A stretch of DNA of 64,000 nucleotides from Azolla caroliniana (taxonomy: Eukaryota; Plantae; Polypodiophyta), in assembly GCA_043228905.1 (NCBI GenBank), contig JBHGNT010000004.1:9176001-9240000 (forward strand), read 5' to 3'. The first letter of the stretch is position 1. Each line of letters starts with the position of its first letter. Of the stretch, positions 1 through 10,306 are shown in pieces. A program made the position numbers and the translations under genes. The notes under the pieces are model-generated. The model ran no database searches, was not told the DNA's origin, and saw only the letters and a list, made by a program, of their open reading frames with translations.

Positions 1-1922
1 GGATGGCAAATTCGGGTCGACGAGAAAGAGCATCGGCCATCCCATGTTGGCCACCAGGTCGAAATACAATCTCAAAATCATAGTCGGCGAGACATGTCGA
101 TCAACGAGCCTGCCTTCGATTCAAAGTACGAGTAATGGAAAAATAAATTAAATTCTTATGATCAGTCACTACCTGGACATGGTGTTGTGCTCCGGCCAAA
201 TAGGGGTGCCATTCTTCAAAGGAGGCAATGATAACGGCAAGCTCCTTTTCGTATATTGGATCATTTATTTTGGATGCAGTGAATTTACAATAGTAGTAAG
301 CCACCGGGTGCATTATGTTGGCGTAATCAACTTGGGATAAAATGATGCCAATGACAAAGTCAAAGGCATCAATTTCGACATGGAAGGGTCATGTGGGGTC
401 AGCATGTAGGAGCACAGGGGTAGTGGTGAATGTGTATTTGAGAGAGTCGGACGCATTTTATGCCGCCAAGGTCCATAGAAAGGGAGTACCTTTGTGCGTG
501 AGGGCGATAAGAGGATGGGCTAGAGTGGAAAACCCCTGGATGAAGTGATGGTAAAAATTGGCGAAGCCGAGGAAGGATTGTACATCTTTAAGTCAAGTTG
601 GAGTCACCCACTCCCGAATGACCCCGAATGACGGAAACCTTCTTCATATCCATTGTGATGCCATTGGGCGAGATGATGTAGCCCAAGAATTCAATCGAGG
701 TACGGTCAAACTCGCATTTCTCACTTTTGGCATAAAGGCCGTGCTCCCAAAGTTTTGCAAGAACTAATTGGACTTGATGGGTGTGCTCTGCCATGTTTGG
801 CGAGAAAATGAGAATATCATCCAGGTAGATAACCACAAAATGATCGAGATATTCTTGAAATATATCGTTCATCATATGTTGAAAAACAATTGGGGCATTA
901 GTAAGACCGAAAGGCATTACCTTATATTCGAAATGCCCATATCGTGTTTGTAAGGCGGTTTTCCATTCATCATCGAGCTTGACGCGGACCAAATTGTACA
1001 CACCACGCAGATAAACTTTCGAGAAGACACGCATAGCTCGGAATCGGTCGAGGAGTTCGGGGATCAGATAACGGTTGTGCATAGTGAGTTTGTTTAGACC
1101 CCAAATAGTCTACACATAAGCGTAGAGAGCCGTCCTTCTTCTTCATGAATAATATGGGGGCCCCGGCCAACGACTTAGAAGGTTGAATAAATGCTTTCGC
1201 GAGGTTCTCATCGAGATACACTCAAAGGGACTTTAGCTCTCCTACAGACAATGCATATAGAGAACCAAAGGGTGGTGGACACACGCCTTCTTGAAGATCG
1301 ATGGGATAGTCGTAGAGCCGGTGTTCAGGCAAACGATCTGCATTACGTTTCTCAAATACATTGGAGAAGTCTTTATACTTGTCAGGAATAGTGTGCAGTG
1401 TGTTAGAAGTAGCTCCACAAATGGCGAGTGGGTGATGAACTAAGGGTGGAGTAGCCGAGTCGGGATCAACTGTCTCCGAAGGATGTGAAATGGAATTGGC
1501 CTTCATAGTTGTGCACGAGCATCCTGGCTCATTAAATGTGATCGAGCGATTGCACCAATCCACTATTGGATTGTGCCACGATAGTCCTAAGATGATCGCA
1601 TGCCGAGAGGATGCGATGAGGTTAAAGGGGAGCTCCTCCTAGTGGGAGCCCACACGAAGCCCTAATGGGATTGTAATCTTGGTAATTGCTCTTGATGAGA
1701 GGACACACCCATCAATGGCTTCAATAGGAATGGGTTTTGAGAGGTATATGGCGGGCCGGGTAACTCATGTGCTTGGGTGAATGCGACATCGATGAGGCAA
1801 GAAGACGCTCTAGAATTAAGTAAAGTGAGAGACTGAATGGAACTGGAATTAAAAGAAGGCATACCTCCAATGTGAAATTGCCTGATGTTCTAGCAATGGA
1901 ACCACTAGAATGTGGATGACGG
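1..1922 (-). pseudogene. Element A pol remnant (protease, RT, RNase H), frameshifted
   Basis: LLNSRASSCLID (decayed DSGAS), [46 protein letters not shown], spread over several frames. Confidence 0.92.
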
Positions 1923-2538
1923 TGTCACGTTATTAAGCGCGTGCGTGGAGAACGAGTCGGGACCACGGGGGCCTTGGACCGAGAAATAACCGAACGAGAA
2001 GAGGGGAAGGAAACTACCAATATACTCCGCACGCGCACAGACACACAGATTCATAGGAGTTGCAACTAATTCCAAACAATGGAGATAGAATGAATGTATG
2101 CGTATATACATATATATAAAGGGGTTACAACTAGCAAACCGACGAGTGATAGGGCGTTCCACGGAGCAGAGTCAGCCTCCCGAAACCTGCATAGAACGAC
2201 TATGGAGAAGACAGAGGAGAAGAGCTCGGTTCCCGTCCGGCAACACTTCCTTGTCCCCAAAACGTGATACCCCCCCCCCCCCATTTTACAATACCTCTCC
2301 CTCTTTTATAGCCCAAGGAGGGAGGCCGTTACCACCCATTACATCATGTTTATTCCTTGTCCTTTCGGATAGGGATACGCCTCGATTTTCTCCCTAATGA
2401 ATGCGTGCTACCTAGGATTTCACCTCAGTTGACTTGTACCTATCTACGTACTATACAACAAAACTTGTGCCCACGTGAAAGGGCTTGTTTACGCACGTTA
2501 TACCCGGTTTCCGCCTAGGGACGGTTTTCTCTGAGACA
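1923..2538 (-). repeat. 3' LTR of B (616 bp)
   Basis: Aligns with 13479-14140 but lacks the CA-repeat segment present there. Confidence 0.92.
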
Positions 2539-2596
2539 TCCGCCGCACCGGTATGCACCAAAATTAGACTTCTTGCCGGAGAAGTCCGGCCCACGC

Positions 2597-5004
2597 TTAT
2601 CCTTTGTCTTCCGGATCGACATCCATTCTGAGCCAGTCGTTGTCGTCATCCAGGTTGTCTAGGTCCGGTTCAGCCTTGTGCCGCTTTTTGAATGCTTTGA
2701 TCCTTTTCCCCGCCACCGGTACCACCATCCTTGTCTCGTCGAGCTCCACGAGATGGTAGGTCCCATTGTCGTTGGCGCTTGTCACCACATAAGGCCCCAC
2801 CTTCTTGCAAACTTACACACCGCCTTGTGCTGATTCTCGAGGCTGCTGTTGTACACCAGCACCCAGTCACCTTCCTCGATCTTCCTCGGCCTCAGTCGGT
2901 GAGTCCGGTCAAACCGTCCTTTGTTCTTTACCCTCGCCACCCGTAGCTTCTCTGCGCCTCGGTTCACGTCCTCCGGTCTTTGCTCCAGCTATTGAATCCG
3001 TGCCCTAACAGCTCCTCCCAGCTCATCTCGGCTTTCCAGTCCACCGTGGCCGATGAGGAGATTGTTTGCTCCATTGGTATGATCGGCTTCTGCTCGTACA
3101 TTAGCTCTACCGACATGAACCCGGTTACCGGCGTAGTTCGGTCCGCCCACAACGCATAGGGTAAGAGCCGCGGCTAGTTCCCGACTTGGCCTCCACATGC
3201 CCGTACTAACGTTTTGACGATCGGCCCGTGTCCACATTCCACCTTCCCGTTAGCCTCCAGATTGTACACTGTGGTGAGCGAGAGTTTAATCCCTAGCCGG
3301 TCAAACAACTCTTCCGCCTCTTGCGCGTCCAATTCTCCGAGGTCGGCCACGATCTTACCTTCGCACCCGTACCGGCATACCACTTCTTCGATCAGAAATC
3401 GACACACGACCGCGGTCGTTTTGTTTTGCAATGCTCAACCTTCCACCTGGTTCATCAGGTCCTCCCGAGCCAGCACCAGATACCGCATCTGCCCTACCCC
3501 CATCGACATCGTCACCAGATCCACCAGCCACTTAAAGTAGACGGTCGGAGGGTAGGTCGGGTGAAGCTCGTCCCGATGTCGGACTATGGAGTGCACCTGA
3601 CAGCTTTCGCAAGTCGTCACGAACCAATGCACGTCCCGATATAGTCCCGGCCACTAGTACTTTCCCTTTAGCTTCTCGAATGTGGCCCACGTCCTGCGGT
3701 GTCCGGCCCAGGGACTCTCGTGGTATGCCGTCAACAATTCTTCCTGTTCCTCTTTCCTCGCCACCACTCGGAGCGGGATGTTGTTTCTCTTCTTCGGGTG
3801 CTTCCATATGCTCCCGTCCCGTAGGAAGAATCGGTACGCTTTCTTCCAAATACGGTTGGTCTCTTCCTTCGTCCACGCCGTGTCCGGTGTCATTGTCTTC
3901 AGGAACCCGCCGATCTGGAGCCACTCCCCGTCGTACTTACTCTCATCGAATTCGTTAAGTGCCAGAGTGCTCCCCTTTCTTGTTGTTACGTAAGCCGCCT
4001 CGAAGAGGTCCACGCCGACTTCCTCGTCCTCCGAAACCATGCCGTCCTCGTCAACGAACCTCGCTCTCGAAAGCATGTCGGCCATGGCATTATCTTTTCC
4101 GGAAATGTCTCGTATTTCCGGATTCAGGGTCTTGATGTACGCGATCCACCCGAGCATCGCCAGGTCCGGAGTCGCGCAGCCGGAAACCGTACGTAGAATC
4201 GGTAGGCAGTCTGTCTCGATGATCACTTCTGTCCTGATCAGATAGTCCTTGTCGGCCTTGACTGCCGAAACGATACCCCATAGCTCGTGCTTAATTTGGG
4301 CGTACCCTCGCTGCCGCTCGCTCAATACCTTTGTCCCGAACCGGATCGGGAACCGTACGTCGTCCTTGTCTTCCTAATTGATCACCCACCCGATTCCGGT
4401 CGGGCTCGTGTCCACCGTCACGTAAATCGGAGTGTCTTTGCCGTAGACCGCCTTTCGGAGGGCCGGTGCCGCGGCGAGCGCCTCTGTCAGTCTCCGGACC
4501 AACTCCGTGTGCTCGTCTCTCCACTCGAATTTACGCCCTTTCTTCAGCAACCCGTAAAGTGGTTCCGCGACATGCCCGTAGTGCGGAATCTAGATGTGAT
4601 AGAACGCACATGCCCCCATAATCCTTCGGACCTCCGTGACCGACCCGCAATCATCCTTCATTGTGGAGATGGCTTCTACCTTAGCTGGGGATGGCTTCCG
4701 GCCGTAAGGCCCGCACAGGTGTCCGATTACCAGGATCTTCGGCTGTCCGAAGGTTGAGTTTTCTCCGGAGAAGGTGAGCCGCGCGCTCTCGAGTCTTTGT
4801 AGCAACTTCTCGCAGTCGCAGATGTGATCCGTCACGAACTTCCGGCAACCGTCGGGCCCCACCGATTCGTCCTTGTCCTCAACCGGACATCCTTTGATCA
4901 GAATGTCATCTAGAAACGGGATGGTGATGTCCGGGATGCAGTCCCTCAACACCTTGTTCATCGTATTCACCATGTGCGCCACCGAGTTCTCCCCCCTTGC
5001 GGTA
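2597..5004 (-). pseudogene. Element B pol 3' part (RT, RNase H, integrase with GPY)
   Basis: IPFLDDILIKG, TVDTSPTGIGW, HESPWAGH..CESC, EANGKVE, GPYVV. Confidence 0.92.
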
Positions 5005-5009
5005 GGGTA

Positions 5010-5596
5010 TGTTGGGATTACGGTCCCTCCGGATGGGATGTCCGGAGATGAATGACGGCAAGCCCGGTTGCGGTTACGGAACCGGATGAAGAGTACCCGG
5101 CATGAAGCCGGATGAAGAGTACCCGGATACGGATCCGGATGATGAAGACCCCGGCTACGGAGCCGGATGACGAATGTACCCGGAGAGAGAGATCCGGATG
5201 CAGGGCTATATTTGTAAATATCCCGAAAGTCATATATGTATAAATGTGACTTAGGGCAAACAGTTTTATGAGGTTGTTGCTTAATTTTCATGCGAAGTGA
5301 GAGCAGCCGAGAGAGAGAGAGAGAGAGAGACGAAGAGGTCGTTGCCTCTGTGTATTGCCGCCGCCTGTGGCGAAGACAGTGAGCTCAAGGTTGTTGCCTT
5401 GTAGCTTCACCAGTGTACATCCCTGTTCATAGTGATAGTTGGAGTTTGAGGCTCCCGTGGTTTTTCCCATTTAGGGTTTTCCACGTAAAACATCCAGTGT
5501 ACCTTTCTCTCTATTGTCTTTCGTGCATTGTTGTATTTCCCGTTTTCTGTGAATCGATCCTGTTCCTCGGTTGTGGCCGAGCACGGAATTTCAATA
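5010..5596 (+). repeat. 5' LTR of C (TG..TA termini)
   Basis: TGTTGG..TTCAATA. CCGG-rich internal repeats, TATAAAT and (GA)11. Confidence 0.97.
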
Positions 5597-5627
5597 AAGT
5601 GGTATCAGAGCGACGATAACACAGAAG

Positions 5628-8600
5628 ATGGAAGGCGGCGGTAGCGGGCAGCCGGGAATGATGGTGCTGAATGCGCAGAATTACGCCGACTGGAAGATCA
5701 AGATGGAGGATCTTCTGATTGTTCGGGACCTGTACGAACCGATTGACAGGTCGGAAATACCGAAGGGAGTACTTGAGTCGGAGTGGAAGCTCCTGAACCG
5801 GAAAGCAGTAGCGACGATCCGGCAATATGTCGATGTAAGTGTCCTGCAACATGTGGCGAACGATACGAACGCCTATGAGATGTGGAAGAAGCTGTCGGGC
5901 CTCTATGAGAGGAAGAATGCGTTGAACCGGACCTCCCTGATGAGAAAGATAGTGAACCTCAAGTACCGGGACGGCGAGAGTATGGTGGAACACGTAAGCA
6001 CGTTCATGGGATTCGTGAACCAGCTTGCGGCGATCAAGTTCCCGTTGGAGGATGCAATGCAAGCCATCATCCTGATGTGTACATTGCCGGACAGCTGGGA
6101 GAACTTGGTGGTGACTCTCAGCACCTCCTGCACGGAAGACAACTTGTCCCTACAAACGGTAAAGACAAGTATTCTAAATGAAGAAGCGCGTCGGAGAGAT
6201 AAAGAACCGGCCTCCGACTCGAAGGCGCTGCTTACCGAATCGGAACGGGGAAGACACTGGAACCGGAGTCCGCAAAGACGGGAGAAGTCGGGGACCCGGT
6301 CGCAGTCAAGAGGAAGACCCATTTGCTTCCACTGTGGGAAGCCGGGGCACTTCCGGAAGAATTGTCGGCATTACCGAAAGGACAACGGAGCCGACGACAC
6401 CGATTCGAAGAAGTCACCGGAGAGAAACGGTGCATACCGGGGAGCCACGGACCGGAGAGGTCCGGATCGGCGAGGGCAGGACCGGAAAGGAACGACGGCA
6501 CTCGCGGCAAGTGAAGAAGAGATAATGCTCATTACCGAAGAGAGGGAGCTGAACCTTGCCGGCGTAGAGATGACCTGGGTGGTCGATTCCGGAGCGTCGT
6601 TCCACCTGACCCCGGAGAAGAAATACTTCTCATCCTACACAGCCGGTGAGCACGGTTTTGTCCGGATGGGAAATGAAGGTACATGCCGAATTGCCGGTAT
6701 AGGAGACGTGTGGCTGATGACATCAACCGGATGCAAGATGCTGTTGAAGGATGTGCGACACGTTCCGGAGGTCCGATTGAACCTGATCTCGGCCGGGAGG
6801 CTAGATGATGAAGGCTACACGGGTAGCATCCGGAACGGCGTAATGAAGTTCAGCAAGGGGAGCCTGATAGTGGCTCGGGCCCGGAAGGTCAACACTCTGT
6901 ACCTGATGAATGCCCGGTTATGTCCGGAAGAGCTGAATGTAGCAGCCGACACTGCCGGTGAGCTGTGGCACAAAAGACTGTGCCACATGAGTGAGAAGGG
7001 GATGAAGAGGCTTGCAGAAGACAACCTTATTCCAGTGAAGCATGTGCACCTGGAGAAGTGCACCGACTGCCTGGCCGGTAAGCAAAACCGGACCTCCTTC
7101 CACTCAAGGCCACCGACGAGACGTAGCGCACCCTTGGAGCTGATGCACACTGATGTGTGTCAGGTAGAAACGAAGTCACATGGCGGAGCCCAGTACTTCG
7201 TGACATTCATTGATGATCACAGCCGGAAGCTGTGGACGGCACCGTTGAAGACAAAGGACCAAGTGTTGTCCGTCTTCAGAGAACTCCACGCGAGAGTGGA
7301 AAGAGAATCCGGCAAGAAGCTGAAAGCGATACGAGCGGATAACGGAGGGGAATACCGGGGGCAGTTCCAGGAGTACTGTCGCTCGAAGGGAATCCGGCTC
7401 GAGTTTACTGTGCCGAAGACGCCGGAACTGAACGGGCTGGCCGAGAGGATGAACCGGACCATAATGGAGAGGGTCCGGAGTATGCTAGCGCATGCGAAAC
7501 TACCCAAGGGATTTTGGGCTGAGGCAATGTCGACGGCGACGTATGTGATAAATAGATCACCCTCAGTACCTTTGGACGGAGACACGCCGCAGAAAGTGTG
7601 GACCGGTAAGGAAGTGTCCTACCGGCATCTGAAGGTGTTCGGGTGTCTCACATACGTGCATGTGGCAAAGGACCGGAGAGGAAAGTTAGATCCAAAGACC
7701 CGGCCATGCATATTCCTCGGTTACGGCGACGACGAGTTCGGCTACCGAGTATGGGACCCGGTCGACAAGAAGATATTCAGGAGTCGAGATATCATTTTCA
7801 TGGAGGACAAGACGCTCGCCGACTGGGAGTCGGAGAAGAAGATGAAGAGCTCCAAGTCGACCGGTGAGGATAAACTCTACGAGGAGCAGTCCCGACCGGC
7901 AAGGGACCGGTTAACACTCGAAGACCCGGCCGAAGACGGTGAAGAAACAGAACCGGCCGAAGAAGATGAAAATGATACCGGAACCGGCCCCGATCCCGAA
8001 ATGGATTCGGATGAAGAAGAAGAATCGGAAGAACCGGTTACCGAAGCTCCCGAACGGAGATATCCTCTAAGAGAGAGAAGGGCCCCCCGGAGATTTCCGG
8101 AACCAGAGCACGTGCTGCTAACCGACGAGGGGGAGCCGGAGAGCTTTGAAGAAGCAAAGCACGACACCCAGAGCCGCAGGTGGTTAAGTGCCATGCAGGA
8201 GGAGATGGATTCCCTGCATGAGAACCACACATATGAACTTGTGGAGTTGCCGAAAGGAAAGCGGGCACTTCGAAACAAGTGGGTGTTCAAGCTGAAACCG
8301 GGAGATGCCGGAAACCCCCAGAGATACAAAGCCAGGATCGTGGTGAAGGGGTTCCAGCAGAAGAAGGGCGTCGACTTCGACGAGATATTTGCCCCGGTAG
8401 TGAAGATGACCTCTATCCGGACGGTGCTGAGCATAGCGGCAAGCATGGACCTCGAGGTAGAACAGATGGACGTGAAGACGGCATTCCTTCACGGTGACCT
8501 CGATGAAGAGATCTACATGCAGCAACCGGAAGGATTCGAGAAGAAAGGGAAGGAGCACCTGGTATGCCGGTTGAAGAAGAGCCTTTACGGATTGAAGCAG

Positions 8601-9704
8601 GCTCCCTGGCAATGGTACCGGAAGTTCGACTCCTTCATGACCGACGAAGGGTACCTCAAAACGCAGTCCGACCACTGCGTGTTTGTGAAGAAGTTCGAAG
8701 GAGGAGACTTTCTAATACTCCTCCTGTACGTGGACGACATGTTGATCGTCGGACGGGACCAGGTCAAGATACGGATGCTGAAGAAGGCTCTTCACCAAAC
8801 CTTCTCAATGAAGGACCTGGGTCCGGCAAGGAAAATACTAGGGATGCACATCATCCGGGACCGGAAGAAGAAGCAGTTGTGGCTGTCACAGGAGAAGTAC
8901 GTGACGAAGGTGCTTCACCGGTTCAACATGTCGGAAGCAAGACCGGTCGGGTCAACCCTCCCAGCAAACTGCAAGTTGTCCAGCAAGCAGAGCCCCAAGA
9001 CAAAGGCTGAGAAGGAGGATATGATGAAAGTGCCGTATGCCTCAGCCGTCGGGAGCTTGATGTACGCCATGGTGTGTACGAGACCGGACATAGGATATGC
9101 AGTCGGAGTGGTAAGCCGGTACATGAGCAATCCTGGCAAAGAGCATTGGAACGCGGTCAAGTGGACACTCCGATACCTGAAGGGCACGGCAAACGTGTGC
9201 CTTCGATTCGGCTCCGGTAAGCCCCAACTCGACGGCTTCACCGATTCGGATATGTCGGCTGATGCAGATACCAGCCGGTCCACATCAGGGTATGTGATGA
9301 CCTATGCAGGGGGAGCCGTTTCGTGGCAGTCGAGGCTGCAGAAGACGGTTGCGTTGTCAACCACGGAGGCGGAGTACATGGCAGCTGTTGAAGTCGGCAA
9401 GGAAATAATATGGATGAAGGACTTCATTAGAGAGCTCGGTATCCAACAGGAGGAGTACCGACTCTACTGCGACAGTCAGAGTGCCATCCACCTTGCGAAG
9501 AACGCGGCCTACCATTCCCGGACGAAACACATCCAGCGGAGATACCACTGGATCCGGGAGAGGATAGAAGACGAGGAGTTCGTGCTGACGAAGATCCACA
9601 CTGACGAGAACGGGTCGGATATGCTGACCAAGGTGCTCACACCCGACAAGCTGGAAGCATGCCGGAAGAGGATCGGATTGGAGAGACATCCCATGCCGAA
9701 GTGA
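5628..9704 (+). CDS. Copia Gag-Pol polyprotein, 1358 aa (gag, CCHC, PR, INT, RT, RNase H)
   Basis: CFHCGKPGHFRKNC, WVVDSGAS, LWHKRLCH..CTDC, DNGGEY, YGLKQA, LLYVDDML, TDSDM, KHI. Confidence 0.98.
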   Translation: MEGGGSGQPGMMVLNAQNYADWKIKMEDLLIVRDLYEPIDRSEIPKGVLESEWKLLNRKAVATIRQYVDVSVLQHVANDTNAYEMWKKLSGLYERKNALNRTSLMRKIVNLKYRDGESMVEHVSTFMGFVNQLAAIKFPLEDAMQAIILMCTLPDSWENLVVTLSTSCTEDNLSLQTVKTSILNEEARRRDKEPASDSKALLTESERGRHWNRSPQRREKSGTRSQSRGRPICFHCGKPGHFRKNCRHYRKDNGADDTDSKKSPERNGAYRGATDRRGPDRRGQDRKGTTALAASEEEIMLITEERELNLAGVEMTWVVDSGASFHLTPEKKYFSSYTAGEHGFVRMGNEGTCRIAGIGDVWLMTSTGCKMLLKDVRHVPEVRLNLISAGRLDDEGYTGSIRNGVMKFSKGSLIVARARKVNTLYLMNARLCPEELNVAADTAGELWHKRLCHMSEKGMKRLAEDNLIPVKHVHLEKCTDCLAGKQNRTSFHSRPPTRRSAPLELMHTDVCQVETKSHGGAQYFVTFIDDHSRKLWTAPLKTKDQVLSVFRELHARVERESGKKLKAIRADNGGEYRGQFQEYCRSKGIRLEFTVPKTPELNGLAERMNRTIMERVRSMLAHAKLPKGFWAEAMSTATYVINRSPSVPLDGDTPQKVWTGKEVSYRHLKVFGCLTYVHVAKDRRGKLDPKTRPCIFLGYGDDEFGYRVWDPVDKKIFRSRDIIFMEDKTLADWESEKKMKSSKSTGEDKLYEEQSRPARDRLTLEDPAEDGEETEPAEEDENDTGTGPDPEMDSDEEEESEEPVTEAPERRYPLRERRAPRRFPEPEHVLLTDEGEPESFEEAKHDTQSRRWLSAMQEEMDSLHENHTYELVELPKGKRALRNKWVFKLKPGDAGNPQRYKARIVVKGFQQKKGVDFDEIFAPVVKMTSIRTVLSIAASMDLEVEQMDVKTAFLHGDLDEEIYMQQPEGFEKKGKEHLVCRLKKSLYGLKQAPWQWYRKFDSFMTDEGYLKTQSDHCVFVKKFEGGDFLILLLYVDDMLIVGRDQVKIRMLKKALHQTFSMKDLGPARKILGMHIIRDRKKKQLWLSQEKYVTKVLHRFNMSEARPVGSTLPANCKLSSKQSPKTKAEKEDMMKVPYASAVGSLMYAMVCTRPDIGYAVGVVSRYMSNPGKEHWNAVKWTLRYLKGTANVCLRFGSGKPQLDGFTDSDMSADADTSRSTSGYVMTYAGGAVSWQSRLQKTVALSTTEAEYMAAVEVGKEIIWMKDFIRELGIQQEEYRLYCDSQSAIHLAKNAAYHSRTKHIQRRYHWIRERIEDEEFVLTKIHTDENGSDMLTKVLTPDKLEACRKRIGLERHPMPK

Positions 9705-9714
9705 AGGGGGAGTT

Positions 9715-10301
9715 TGTTGGGATTACGGTCCCTCCGGATGGGATGTCCGGAGATGAATGACGGCAAGCCCGGTTGCGGTTACGGAACCGGATGAAGAGTA
9801 CCCGGCATGAAGCCGGATGAAGAGTACCCGGATACGGATCCGGATGATGAAGACCCCGGCTACGGAGCCGGATGACGAATGTACCCGGAGAGAGAGATCC
9901 GGATGCAGGGCTATATTTGTAAATATCCCGAAAGTCATATATGTATAAATGTGACTTAGGGCAAACAGTTTTATGAGGTTGTTGCTTAATTTTCATGCGA
10001 AGTGAGAGCAGCCGAGAGAGAGAGAGAGAGAGAGACGAAGAGGTCGTTGCCTCTGTGTATTGCCGCCGCCTGTGGCGAAGACAGTGAGCTCAAGGTTGTT
10101 GCCTTGTAGCTTCACCAGTGTACATCCCTGTTCATAGTGATAGTTGGAGTTTGAGGCTCCCGTGGTTTTTCCCATTTAGGGTTTTCCACGTAAAACATCC
10201 AGTGTACCTTTCTCTCTATTGTCTTTCGTGCATTGTTGTATTTCCCGTTTTCTGTGAATCGATCCTGTTCCTCGGTTGTGGCCGAGCACGGAATTTCAAT
10301 A
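9715..10301 (+). repeat. 3' LTR of C
   Basis: Copy of 5010-5596 at offset 4705. Confidence 0.97.
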
Positions 10302-10306
10302 GGGTA

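Larger units (their letters stand above)
5010..10301 (+). mobile_element. Element C: intact, very young Ty1/copia (Tork/Tnt1-like)
   Basis: 587-bp LTRs 5010-5596 and 9715-10301 with no difference found by eye. TSD GGGTA (5005-5009 / 10302-10306). PBS TGGTATCAGAGC at 5600-5611. PPT GAAGGGGGAG at 9703-9712. Single uninterrupted ORF. Confidence 0.98.

Noticed and set aside
5903-9766. Many antisense or overlapping short ORFs in the ORF track
   Set aside because: Shadow ORFs of GC-rich TE coding sequence with no independent support.
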